Shown piece by piece: positions 52,533 through 61,626 of a DNA stretch of 64,000 bases. The notes beneath the pieces are model-generated. The model had not been told where the DNA came from, did not search any database, and worked only from the letters and a program-made list of their open reading frames with translations. Source of the stretch: a phage. The translations under genes were made by a program, and so were the position numbers. The DNA lies in sequence record PX441839.1. One strand, written 5' to 3'. Within the stretch, counting starts at the first letter, position 1, and each line of letters begins with the position of its first letter.

Positions 52533-54071
52533 TCAACGCATCATCGCACGAGAACCTGCAAACTGTGCCGACTGAACCTGACCACCAAATTCATGGGGTT
52601 TTCCAGATTCCGGTTTGTTCAAGTGACAGAAACAATAATATGTGAAACCTAAGTCCTTTGCAAGGATAGAGATCTCATCTGAAAATCGTTCCAGTTCTGT
52701 GTTAGCATCACCTGGTGACATACCTTGCACAAGTCGAGTAATTGGGTCGATAATAATATCTTCACAACCCTCCACCAAGACTGCGTGGCGGATTGCACCC
52801 TTCACCTCGTCCCATACTGCACGACCATAGTTGGAATAATAAATGATCTTATCGCCAACATAATCTGTAGCTTGGATTAGTTCTTCATGCTTGAAGTATC
52901 CACGTTGTCCTTCAAAGATTTCGTTACCCCAAACATCTCGGTAAGTCCCATCTTCCTGAGGGATCATTACCTTTTCTGCGTTAATGAAGTCCTTGTGGTA
53001 AATTTTACCTGCAACCTTCTTACAAGTGATGTCGTTCTCTTCTTCAAACTTAAAGATACCGACTTTCTTCTTGTCTTTTTCAATGATGTGCTCGACAAGT
53101 TGGTTAACAAACTCGGACTTACCGATCTTAACACCTGCACCAAGGAAGTATCCCTCTCCTTTACGACGACCCAGTGTCAACTTGGTCATGGTAGGCCAAG
53201 GCCATGATTTACCAAGTTTTGGAATCTCGTGCGCTTTGTCTCGAAATTGTGCATACGTAGAGAAACCTTCTGGTACATAGTCCTTTGGCTTCATTGCTGC
53301 CCAGAATAATTGGTCAGCCATTCCCTTGATGTACATGTCGCATGGGTCCATGTCCTCTGGGATGTCAACAACCTTCATCTGAGGAATTACTGAGTAAACC
53401 GCTGCAACAGCATCCTTACCTTTCATAATCCCCTTGGCCTTTTCTGCCTCCGTTGCACGATCAGCATCAAAAGCTACAATAATCTCTTCAAACTTGTTCA
53501 GAAGCTTGTAGTTGTTCTTCTGAGCTAGGTTCTGCACGGCATTAGATGTGCCGTTGGAAATTGAGACCACCGTGAAGTTTGGTTTACGTGCATTTCCATC
53601 CTTAGATTTATACTTTTCTCGGAGAACCTGCCACAACACTGCCGCATCGTACTCGCCCTCCGTGATAAAAATCATGCGACGTGAGGATTTATTTGCACCC
53701 TCCAGACCAAACAGGTCACAAGCGACAGATTGGAAACCAATCGTACTAAAGTGGCCCTTCTGTTGCTTAGGAATGGTCAGATCTCGCTTCTTAAAGCCGA
53801 CGATCTTACCCTCCAGTGTGTAGGGAAAATAGTGCGCCTCTGGTGTCATCCCATCCTTGGCAGACAGCTTAGTCCTGATTCCAAAGCGCTCTGCCGTCTT
53901 CTGATCGATACCTCGCTCAGGGATGGCTTTAAATGGGTAAGTTTTTACATCTTCTACTGTTTCTTCAACCTTGTTCATACGACCACCCCCTACTGAACGA
54001 GATACCGATGCCTTCGGGTTCTTGTACCCCGTCTTATAACCACCAAACAGACCTTCACCTAATGTGCTCAC
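52533..54071 (-). CDS. primase-helicase (T7 gp4-like), exon 1
   Basis: GTG start with AAGGAG RBS; TOPRIM-like ITEGEYDA; helicase Walker A GAGVKIGKSEF; DIIIDPITRL; ends within the H4-like region. Confidence 0.75.
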   Translation of the reverse strand: MSTLGEGLFGGYKTGYKNPKASVSRSVGGGRMNKVEETVEDVKTYPFKAIPERGIDQKTAERFGIRTKLSAKDGMTPEAHYFPYTLEGKIVGFKKRDLTIPKQQKGHFSTIGFQSVACDLFGLEGANKSSRRMIFITEGEYDAAVLWQVLREKYKSKDGNARKPNFTVVSISNGTSNAVQNLAQKNNYKLLNKFEEIIVAFDADRATEAEKAKGIMKGKDAVAAVYSVIPQMKVVDIPEDMDPCDMYIKGMADQLFWAAMKPKDYVPEGFSTYAQFRDKAHEIPKLGKSWPWPTMTKLTLGRRKGEGYFLGAGVKIGKSEFVNQLVEHIIEKDKKKVGIFKFEEENDITCKKVAGKIYHKDFINAEKVMIPQEDGTYRDVWGNEIFEGQRGYFKHEELIQATDYVGDKIIYYSNYGRAVWDEVKGAIRHAVLVEGCEDIIIDPITRLVQGMSPGDANTELERFSDEISILAKDLGFTYYCFCHLNKPESGKPHEFGGQVQSAQFAGSRAMMR

Positions 54072-54232
54072 TCACCAATCTCCTTTACCATCGTTGCTAC
54101 AAAAATGGTGTTTCCGTTACCATTTATACCAACAGTGACCGGACCTGCGAGTTTGTAACCGTATCCGTACCACTTCTCGATAGTATCTTCAAGGACCTGC
54201 ATGTTGGTGTAATTTAACAGTTTCACTTCCAT
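54068..54232 (-). CDS. small hypothetical protein (not in the ORF track)
   Basis: 54-aa ORF MEVKLLNYTNMQVLEDTIEKWYGYGYKLAG...; GGAGG RBS; start overlaps the upstream stop and its stop overlaps the helicase GTG. Confidence 0.3.
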   Translation of the reverse strand: MEVKLLNYTNMQVLEDTIEKWYGYGYKLAGPVTVGINGNGNTIFVATMVKEIGE

Positions 54233-54507
54233 CAAAAACCTCCAGTTTCCTCGTTAAATGCACGATTTATTTGTGCATCACGAATTTGGGCCGAGATCTC
54301 AGAATAGATTACCTGCTCTGGAATGTCAACAAGGATCTTCTCTCCTTCGTCGAACACCTCAACAGAGATAATGTCGAGATAATCGCTGGCATCCCAATCC
54401 GATTGAGGATTCTTAATACCCTTGTGGAGCATAAACTCTACTTCAACAATGATCTCTTTAGCCATGTCTACGTTGAAATATGGAAAATCAATAGTTACTG
54501 TACGCAT
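54232..54507 (-). CDS. hypothetical protein
   Basis: 91-aa ORF. Confidence 0.4.
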   Translation of the reverse strand: MRTVTIDFPYFNVDMAKEIIVEVEFMLHKGIKNPQSDWDASDYLDIISVEVFDEGEKILVDIPEQVIYSEISAQIRDAQINRAFNEETGGF

Positions 54508-54528
54508 TGTTTGCTCCTTCTTTTATTA

Positions 54529-54720
54529 TCACTTCTTTCCAGAAATCTGATCTTCTTTTACTTGGGTCTTCACACCATCAGGCATTTCCACGAGGTACGC
54601 ATTGCAGGAGAGGTATTCCTGTTGCATCAAAACCTTCCCGTTTCCACGTAAATCCCACTTCATGGGGCCTTGGTCAAAAACAACCACCTCATTAATTTCG
54701 TACTTGAAAGTATTCTTCAT
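54529..54720 (-). CDS. hypothetical protein
   Basis: 63-aa ORF. Confidence 0.4.
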   Translation of the reverse strand: MKNTFKYEINEVVVFDQGPMKWDLRGNGKVLMQQEYLSCNAYLVEMPDGVKTQVKEDQISGKK

Positions 54721-54913
54721 CTGTAATCACCTCGGTTAGCATTTCAAATCCATCTTTTTCAAGATAGAACTTCATACTGGCCTTATCCACAGGCATTATT
54801 AGCCACATTTCGTCATTTTTGCAACAATACAGGTTTATGCCGTAACCCAGGTCACAAGCCCGATCAAATCCATTCTGTGTTTTTCTTACTTTGCACCGCA
54901 CATTCTTAACCAT
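54692..54913 (-). CDS. hypothetical protein
   Basis: Start set at internal Met (MVKNVRCK) to abut the upstream stop. Confidence 0.4.
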   Translation of the reverse strand: MVKNVRCKVRKTQNGFDRACDLGYGINLYCCKNDEMWLIMPVDKASMKFYLEKDGFEMLTEVITDEEYFQVRN

Positions 54914-55167
54914 TACTCCACCTCCAAATATTTCTTCAATGTTTTGGCAATATGGGTTCTGAGTTGTTGGGTCTTCCCATACGTTACGCAAACTTCCCGA
55001 ATGTCATTCACCATTTGGTTAAAGAGGTGGGGTTTGATCTTAGTACCACCTCTGGAACACTCAAGCTCCTCAAGCGTCTCAATCGCCTTCTGAGCGATAT
55101 CTGTCATTTGCCTAGGGTTATCATGGGCTGCGTCTTCAAAACGCTCCCAGAGGCGGTACGCTTTCAT
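54913..55167 (-). CDS. hypothetical protein
   Basis: 84-aa ORF. Confidence 0.4.
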   Translation of the reverse strand: MKAYRLWERFEDAAHDNPRQMTDIAQKAIETLEELECSRGGTKIKPHLFNQMVNDIREVCVTYGKTQQLRTHIAKTLKKYLEVE

Positions 55168-55344
55168 TTACTCACCTTTCTCCTTGCGTTCTTCGAGAAG
55201 ACTGTGAATTTCGTTCTCGTAGATAATTTGGTGACGGTATTCTTCCGCTAAACGGGCGGTGTTGGCAACCGCCAAGTCACGAAGACTTAGCAGTTGACGC
55301 GTTGTCAGGTTGTTTAGCTCTTTGCTGAAATCAATAACTTCCAT
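55168..55344 (-). CDS. small hypothetical coiled-coil protein (not in the ORF track)
   Basis: 58-aa ORF MEVIDFSKELNNLTTRQLLSLRDLAVANTARLAEEYRHQ...; AGGTAGG RBS; TAATG overlap upstream, TAA-ATG abutment downstream. Confidence 0.3.
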   Translation of the reverse strand: MEVIDFSKELNNLTTRQLLSLRDLAVANTARLAEEYRHQIIYENEIHSLLEERKEKGE

Positions 55345-55583
55345 TATTTACCTACCTTAGTGATCTCTTCTTCCGTAAGAATGTACAGGCGAGAGTACAG
55401 TTTCTCAGAGAACTCCTCCCCCGCAGTGTCATAAATTTCCACGAGGGTTACATCGTAAACAATACCCTCACCATCCTCGGTAACACGTTCACCACGAATA
55501 TACGCAGTGCCATGCCAATAATCGGACCCCCAAGTGGTCTTTTCATTGAAGTGTACGAAATCACCGCTCTTGTACTTACTCAT
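55344..55583 (-). CDS. hypothetical protein
   Basis: 79-aa ORF. Confidence 0.4.
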   Translation of the reverse strand: MSKYKSGDFVHFNEKTTWGSDYWHGTAYIRGERVTEDGEGIVYDVTLVEIYDTAGEEFSEKLYSRLYILTEEEITKVGK

Positions 55584-55585
55584 AA

Positions 55586-56998
55586 TTAACCTCCAAAAAT
55601 TTGTGGGAATGTTCTTTTATAAAAATCAGCCACTTGCTGGTCAACAATAATATCTTTCACCCGCAACGGCTTAGACAAACGCAGACCCTCTACACTTCGG
55701 GCACGAGACAGCATAACATATGTCTGACCTGCTGTAAATGCCCCGTATCCAAGGTCAATATTAACCTTGTCTAAGGTTAACCCTTGACTCTTGTGTCCGG
55801 TAATAGCATAACCCAGTTTGAGTGGAAACTGCAAGAACTTTCCGATCTCCTTATCCACAAGGCGGGTTGCCTCTACCTTCTTCTTGACGGTTTTCTTTGT
55901 CCCGTCAGGCATATCAACTTCCTCTTCCACCTCTTTCCAATAGGTCTCTGGAACCTGAATGTTGTTTTTCCACTCATTTCTTCCCAGCGTCACAGGGACA
56001 CCGTCTACATTAACAACTACGAATGTACGGGCAATACGGGATACAATTCCAACAGTCCCATTAACATATTGTGGCTCACCCTCCCCCTCTTTGGGGTTGT
56101 GGTTTACAGTAATCATTACCTTTAGCCCAACCTTCAAGCTTAAGGTTTCCTGTACCGGACGGTCAGGGAACTCTCCACTAATATGAGCTTGGAACTCATG
56201 AGCCTCTGCCTTAATTTTGGCAAACTCACGAGCATTGATTGCCTCTGCCATCTTGTTTGTTGTGGTCAAGGTAACAGCATCCGCAAGAGGCGCTTTCCCA
56301 AAGCAACAGTTCTTATTGAGGAACTCTACAGCTTCGTTTAAGTTCTTACCAACACGGATGTTGTTCAGATGGTTAGCATACACAGGGTCTGCCTGTCGGT
56401 GAACCTTCGGCAGATAGCAGTTCGTAAAGTTTAAAGAGTTCCATACATCACTTTCGAAAGGGATCTCATCTCCATATAGGCGACGGAATTCCGCAATTTC
56501 GTTACGAACCAGAACAGGCTTAATCTGGAACCCATCCCCAAAAGCGATGACCTGTAGGCCACCAAATGGCTTGTTAACTTTCCGATGGTGTCGGAGTTTC
56601 ATATCCATCTCTTTCAACTTATCTCTCCGCACCATAGAGATCTCATCGATAACAAGAGCTTCTAGGGCATCGGAGGATAACAGCATCGCCGCCTTCCGAG
56701 ATTTCGCCTTGTAGTCCTCGTCTGTCGTGATGCCAAAAGTAAGTCCAAAAGCCTTGTGGCAAGACATCCCCGCAATATTAAGTGCAGCAATCCCCGTTGG
56801 GGCAACGAACAAAAAACTCTCCCCAAAGAACTCCCTGAGAGACGAGATCATCATACTTTTACCAGAACCACCTGGTCCAGTGATGAACACATTCTCCCCT
56901 GCCATAATAGCTTCCATCCCTGCATCATTTCCGATTACTGTTTTACTCACCAATATACTCCTCGATTTCGTCAGGGTAAAGGACGTATGTCTTTCCAT
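55586..56998 (-). CDS. SF1B DNA helicase (Dda/PIF1/RecD-like)
   Basis: Walker A ITGPGGSGKS, Walker B VIDEISMV, AFGDGFQIKPV, ITGHKSQGLT, YVMLSRAR, in canonical order. Confidence 0.8.
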   Translation of the reverse strand: MERHTSFTLTKSRSILVSKTVIGNDAGMEAIMAGENVFITGPGGSGKSMMISSLREFFGESFLFVAPTGIAALNIAGMSCHKAFGLTFGITTDEDYKAKSRKAAMLLSSDALEALVIDEISMVRRDKLKEMDMKLRHHRKVNKPFGGLQVIAFGDGFQIKPVLVRNEIAEFRRLYGDEIPFESDVWNSLNFTNCYLPKVHRQADPVYANHLNNIRVGKNLNEAVEFLNKNCCFGKAPLADAVTLTTTNKMAEAINAREFAKIKAEAHEFQAHISGEFPDRPVQETLSLKVGLKVMITVNHNPKEGEGEPQYVNGTVGIVSRIARTFVVVNVDGVPVTLGRNEWKNNIQVPETYWKEVEEEVDMPDGTKKTVKKKVEATRLVDKEIGKFLQFPLKLGYAITGHKSQGLTLDKVNIDLGYGAFTAGQTYVMLSRARSVEGLRLSKPLRVKDIIVDQQVADFYKRTFPQIFGG

Positions 56999-57125
56999 CC
57001 ACTAAGGATTCACATAAGTAACTTTGAATGAATCCATCGTGAAAATCTAAAACCTTAAATACATGACCCGCCTTTGGGTGGTCGAGTCTGTCACTATAAT
57101 CCGCCGTCAGATACACTTTCTTCAT
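56943..57125 (-). CDS. hypothetical small protein
   Basis: Start set at internal Met (MKKVYLTADY) to avoid overlapping the hydrolase gene. Confidence 0.35.
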   Translation of the reverse strand: MKKVYLTADYSDRLDHPKAGHVFKVLDFHDGFIQSYLCESLVDGKTYVLYPDEIEEYIGE

Positions 57126-57640
57126 TTTACCCTCTCTTTGTAAAATATGTGGTTTCCGATTATTACTGTTCTTACCATACTGGCTATCCAATAGGGCCTG
57201 ATCTTCTTTGTATGGTAATGCGTAGAACCATTCGTGAAATCATAAGATGAGTATACAGCAGGGTACTTGTGCAATGCAAGAATAAATTTGGATAATTTCT
57301 TTGCCTTCTCCCAAGTAGCTTTATCCCTGATCCGGTAATTCTTGCCGGAGTTTGCCCAAGAGAACTGGGAATCTTGATAAACAACACCTTTTACGGAATC
57401 TGGATATCTGTCCTTATCTTTTCTGTTGAGAGTTACAAAACCAACAGCGAGCATACCTCTCTCACCTTCACCAGATGCCTCTTTAAACATGTTACATGCA
57501 AGGGCATTGACTGCATTATCATTCTTCTTGCAGACGTGGACAACGGGTGGGTTTTTCGGTGCGTTCTCTTTAGCCAAAGCCGAGGCGGTGGATAGAGACA
57601 ACGTACAGGCCAAAAGAATGGCGGTTATCCGCTTCTTCAT
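57122..57640 (-). CDS. secreted cell wall hydrolase (SleB/CwlJ-like)
   Basis: Sec-type signal peptide MKKRITAILLACTLSLSTASALA; FKEASGEGERGMLAVGFVTLNR, YQDSQFSW, THYH, IGNHIFYKE match SleB-family motifs (from memory). Confidence 0.7.
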   Translation of the reverse strand: MKKRITAILLACTLSLSTASALAKENAPKNPPVVHVCKKNDNAVNALACNMFKEASGEGERGMLAVGFVTLNRKDKDRYPDSVKGVVYQDSQFSWANSGKNYRIRDKATWEKAKKLSKFILALHKYPAVYSSYDFTNGSTHYHTKKIRPYWIASMVRTVIIGNHIFYKERVK

Positions 57641-57698
57641 GAGGACTCCTAAAATAATAAAGGCCCAGTGTACTTAACTGGGCCAGTGTGTCAATAGC

Positions 57699-59117
57699 TT
57701 ATCGCTTCATTTGTGAAAATAAATATGTTTTAGCTACCTTCGAGATACGGCTACCAACATCCTTCATAGTTAACCCCGAAGTCTCCAGTGTATCGTACTC
57801 CTCCTTGTAGATATCTGAGTTAAGCCACTTTAAAAATTCACCAACTTTAGGCCCAAGTTCAACAGGGTCTTCGCCAAATACCTCAGTAAGGGCTTGGTCT
57901 AGTCGAGATTTGGTTAAAGCATACTCAACAAACTTCTCCACAGACTCCAACTTCTCAGGGTCAACCGTCGCCAGTTTCTTCACCTTTGAAGACGAGTGTT
58001 TTTCACCCTTAACCTTAAACCATGTCCCAGAGTTCTTTGCAAGTTCCTTCTTAAGGGGTTTCCATACAACACCCTCACCAATACCAGTCACCCCAAAGAA
58101 CTTACCGATGGGACAAGCGTCTTCAACCTGGGTGGTGATCTCTACAAGCCGATTTGTTGATTTTTCAGGGTCATTGAAGTCAATAACCTCAGTGAACCAG
58201 CCAAAATCCATAGCATTGTAGACCTTTATATGCGGTGCAGAGAGAGCCATCATTGAAATTGTATTCGTCCACTTCATCCCTTGATTATCTCGACCAAAAG
58301 CCACACCAATAATCATGAATGTTCGCTCAAGCTCAGATACGGCAACGCCCTTTTGAATGCCCTTCCCCATCCACTCACCAGCAATTTCGATAGGGTATTC
58401 TACAGGAATGCCTTTGGATCGTGCAATGAACTTTGCTTGCTCAAAAAGGTGCTCTACTTGGACAATCTTCTTAGCGAAGAATTCAGCAAACCCGTTGTTG
58501 TCTGACACCAAAGGTAACAGTTTACGCTCTTTACTTTGGAAAGCGATCTCTCCATCAGCGTACTGAACGAAACTCCCATTTGTTCCGTGGGCCTTTACCG
58601 TACCAATGTACACCTCTTTTGCATCCGAAGGCATAGGTTTACGAATGACGTTTCCATCCTCATCCACACCTCCAAATGTCAGAGTATTCTGAACATTCTT
58701 AACAACATTTCGGAATTGACCCGTGGAGGGGTATTTAATAGCTGATTTGTCCACAGGTTCAGACTGCATAAGGTCATGTTGACCGGATACGATCCGAGAT
58801 TTTAATTCTTCCCACATTTCAACTAGGTCTTCACCCGTGACAACCTCTTGAACCTTTTCCCCAACCAACTTGTAGGCGCTGTTACGAGTAATTGCGTACA
58901 GTTCACCATCTTTTGCGGCAAATCCGCAAACATAGGATGTTCGGATATCCGAAGAATCTCGGAATCGATTCCCCATATCCTTTTCCAAATTACCAAAAAG
59001 ACAAATTGCCTTACTTCCTTTCAATAGACCTTCCGTGACAATACCGAAGTCAACACTACCTTCAACACGGAGTTCCCCACAATAGCGACGACCTTCAATA
59101 ATCTTATCCAATTTCAC
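57699..59117 (-). CDS. ATP-dependent RNA ligase-like protein (Rnl2-type KxHG motif)
   Basis: Nucleotidyltransferase motif I-like GTVKAHGTNGS (K-x-H-G-x-N as in T4 Rnl2, from memory); 472 aa with an about 170-aa N-terminal extension. Confidence 0.55.
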   Translation of the reverse strand: MKLDKIIEGRRYCGELRVEGSVDFGIVTEGLLKGSKAICLFGNLEKDMGNRFRDSSDIRTSYVCGFAAKDGELYAITRNSAYKLVGEKVQEVVTGEDLVEMWEELKSRIVSGQHDLMQSEPVDKSAIKYPSTGQFRNVVKNVQNTLTFGGVDEDGNVIRKPMPSDAKEVYIGTVKAHGTNGSFVQYADGEIAFQSKERKLLPLVSDNNGFAEFFAKKIVQVEHLFEQAKFIARSKGIPVEYPIEIAGEWMGKGIQKGVAVSELERTFMIIGVAFGRDNQGMKWTNTISMMALSAPHIKVYNAMDFGWFTEVIDFNDPEKSTNRLVEITTQVEDACPIGKFFGVTGIGEGVVWKPLKKELAKNSGTWFKVKGEKHSSSKVKKLATVDPEKLESVEKFVEYALTKSRLDQALTEVFGEDPVELGPKVGEFLKWLNSDIYKEEYDTLETSGLTMKDVGSRISKVAKTYLFSQMKR

Positions 59118-59610
59118 TCTCCTTTAATACATACACGGTAACATCCCAATGAGATAGATTTTTATCAATCATCTTAGAGATAATTTTCCAATCACCTCCG
59201 GCAAGACCTGCACCAAGCTTAGGTAAACCCACCCGAAGTTCATTTTTTGGTACGTCCAATAAACGAACCTTTCCGTGAAGAGATGCGTTCATCATTTTTA
59301 AAGCCTTGTCTAAGGCATCATAATCAAGGTCCATCTTCCCCTGTTTACGTAACCACCAACCAAACTGACCGTAGAGGTTGTACACAAGGGTTGCGGATTC
59401 GAAGCAAAAAGCCTCTGTTATAGTCCCTAGCTTACCTTGATCACCCTTCTTTGTGTTTTGATCAACGTAGTAAGCCTCTGGAAATGATTTTGCAATCAAG
59501 GGAGCAATCCCAGATTTCATAGTGTTGAAACAATTGCAGCAGTGAGCGATAACATCCACCTCTTTGTCTTTAGCTGCCTGGATAAGATCACCAACCTTGT
59601 ATTTTATCAT
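59104..59610 (-). CDS. macro domain protein (ADP-ribose binding/hydrolase-like)
   Basis: GDL...VDVIAHCCNCFNTMKSGIAPLI and GLPKLGAGLAGGDW match the two Gly-rich loops of macro domains; overlaps the RNA ligase gene start. Confidence 0.6.
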   Translation of the reverse strand: MIKYKVGDLIQAAKDKEVDVIAHCCNCFNTMKSGIAPLIAKSFPEAYYVDQNTKKGDQGKLGTITEAFCFESATLVYNLYGQFGWWLRKQGKMDLDYDALDKALKMMNASLHGKVRLLDVPKNELRVGLPKLGAGLAGGDWKIISKMIDKNLSHWDVTVYVLKESEIG

Positions 59611-59816
59611 ACCTTGCCCCGAATTTCCTTAGATGCTTTATCTGCTGCCGAAACAACCTCAGAGAATGATTGCGATACATGAGCAATATCCCCGTCGAGA
59701 TACTCAATAGTCGTGCAAGGTGCATTACCTACCTCATCCGACCAAAAAGATTTAACGAGGTTAACAGGGATGGCAACAGGTGTGTTTGTACGAGCATAAT
59801 TCAGAACCATAAACAT
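59607..59816 (-). CDS. hypothetical protein
   Basis: Start set at internal Met (MFMVLNYA). Confidence 0.4.
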   Translation of the reverse strand: MFMVLNYARTNTPVAIPVNLVKSFWSDEVGNAPCTTIEYLDGDIAHVSQSFSEVVSAADKASKEIRGKV

Positions 59817-59817
59817 A

Positions 59818-60045
59818 TTAAACAACCTCCCCACTGATGTGTTTCTTAGCCTCATTGACAAGTCGGAGTGCAGTATCAAAGTCTTGTTGGATCACAATAG
59901 CCTCGTCATCATAGGTCTCCACGATAACTGCCTTAATCTTATCTCCGTTTGGGCCGTCTACCCAATCCCCCACTAAACGTTTGATGTTACTTGCATCCTC
60001 TGCATAAGGGTTCCCGCCATTCAGGTAGTTAAAAAGTACAAGCAT
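59818..60045 (-). CDS. hypothetical protein
   Basis: 75-aa ORF. Confidence 0.4.
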   Translation of the reverse strand: MLVLFNYLNGGNPYAEDASNIKRLVGDWVDGPNGDKIKAVIVETYDDEAIVIQQDFDTALRLVNEAKKHISGEVV

Positions 60046-60054
60046 ATTATCTCC

Positions 60055-60246
60055 TCAATAGGTCAATGATTTTATTGCTTCGTTGCAAATAGTATAGATG
60101 TCTTTATCGGTTATGCCTGGGAAAATCCTTTTCATTTCATCAAATAAGGGTTTTTTCTTAAAGAACCTTCCAGATCTAGCCAAAGTTACAAATGTGACTA
60201 TGACTTCAAAATCATCAAATTTTAAAGGTACTTCCATATCAGCCAT
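60055..60246 (-). CDS. hypothetical protein
   Basis: 63-aa ORF. Confidence 0.4.
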   Translation of the reverse strand: MADMEVPLKFDDFEVIVTFVTLARSGRFFKKKPLFDEMKRIFPGITDKDIYTICNEAIKSLTY

Positions 60247-60479
60247 TGTGTAGCCTCCTCATATGAGTTAAATACCTTTGACTCTACGGTAATCCATCCG
60301 AGATTATCTATAGCATCTTCCTCATAATCTTCCTCGTCTTCGTCCCAAATTTCTTGGACGTCTACAAAGATCTTCCCTTCAAAATTAACGTCGCTACATA
60401 TCTGAACATCCCCGTGGAGTTTAGCCTCCACTTTGGAGGCAGTTTCATCAAAAATCTCAAATGCTGTATTATCTGTCAT
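60222..60479 (-). CDS. hypothetical acidic protein
   Basis: 85-aa ORF. Confidence 0.4.
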   Translation of the reverse strand: MTDNTAFEIFDETASKVEAKLHGDVQICSDVNFEGKIFVDVQEIWDEDEEDYEEDAIDNLGWITVESKVFNSYEEATQWLIWKYL

Positions 60480-60919
60480 AAATCCCCCAAGCTTAATCTT
60501 CCACCTTTACGCATCTCAAGAAATGCCTTGAGATCCCCGAACTTCCCTGTTTTCACTACTCCACTTGGCGCTTTGTTATAGTCCCAGGCTTCCTTCGCCT
60601 CCTCGATATCACCAACTCGTTTCTCAATCCGCTTTCTTAACTCGTAAGCGGAATATCCTGAACGGATGATTCTGGGCGGTATGTAATTTGAAACAAGATC
60701 ACCGTTTGGAAGATATCTCCCACTTCCAACCTTAGTTGTGTGCATCTTGATACAACGGACAACATACTCCTCGAACTCTTTTTTAAACGCCGGATGAATA
60801 AGAGCCTCTGGTGCAAAGAAATGAACAGTTCGGTACTTACCATCCTCGCCTTTGAAGTATTTAACCTCTGGGCGACCGAACTGGACTGTAACATCAAAAC
60901 CTTCAACTTCAAATCTCAT
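60476..60919 (-). CDS. hypothetical protein
   Basis: 147-aa ORF. Confidence 0.45.
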   Translation of the reverse strand: MRFEVEGFDVTVQFGRPEVKYFKGEDGKYRTVHFFAPEALIHPAFKKEFEEYVVRCIKMHTTKVGSGRYLPNGDLVSNYIPPRIIRSGYSAYELRKRIEKRVGDIEEAKEAWDYNKAPSGVVKTGKFGDLKAFLEMRKGGRLSLGDL

Positions 60920-60975
60920 CTAAAAAGTCCTCACTTGTTACAATGAGGACAGATTACATGATCCTTTTTAAGTTG

Positions 60976-61284
60976 TCAACTCAGGAGTTGAATCTTTGGA
61001 CCTTTTTCTTTATCTTCCTCTCGGATTCGTTGACGAACGTACTTTTCGATATCTGTTGGTCGCCAAAGTTCCACAATAACAACTTCAAATCGCCCAGGGC
61101 ATCCTGATTGAATGTTCATAAAACCCTTCATTTCATTAGCACTTGCCTCATCTGCAAACACCGCCTTGGCCCAAAGAGTGAGTCCTTCTGAGGTCTCACC
61201 GAGAGATAAGGAGGGCACATTGTGACCGTCTTGGGTATCATTGATTGCATACAGCAGCGTAGAACCTAATTCTTTCATGCTCAT
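60976..61284 (-). CDS. hypothetical protein
   Basis: 102-aa ORF. Confidence 0.4.
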   Translation of the reverse strand: MSMKELGSTLLYAINDTQDGHNVPSLSLGETSEGLTLWAKAVFADEASANEMKGFMNIQSGCPGRFEVVIVELWRPTDIEKYVRQRIREEDKEKGPKIQLLS

Positions 61285-61293
61285 AAACTCTCC

Positions 61294-61626
61294 TTATTCG
61301 CCTTTTATTAATTCCAGATCGCTTTCTGGGATGTAGTAGATACCTTTGCGGTAGAACCACTCATAACCTTTATCACCCTCAGTGATCTCTGCTCCGACAA
61401 TGGTGAATGTTTTACCGGAGAATTTATCTTTCACGACATCTCCAATCTTGAACTTCGCCAAACCTACCTCACGTATACCACGAAGACACTCCCGTGTGGA
61501 AATAGCCTCATGCAAGATACCACGAAGGCGACCTATAGGATAATCAATCACATCATCATCGTCAAAACCGGGATACGTTGTCTCGATCTCTTGAAGAATA
61601 TCCTCCATTGACAGTCCATCAATCAT
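61294..61626 (-). CDS. hypothetical protein
   Basis: 110-aa ORF. Confidence 0.4.
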   Translation of the reverse strand: MIDGLSMEDILQEIETTYPGFDDDDVIDYPIGRLRGILHEAISTRECLRGIREVGLAKFKIGDVVKDKFSGKTFTIVGAEITEGDKGYEWFYRKGIYYIPESDLELIKGE

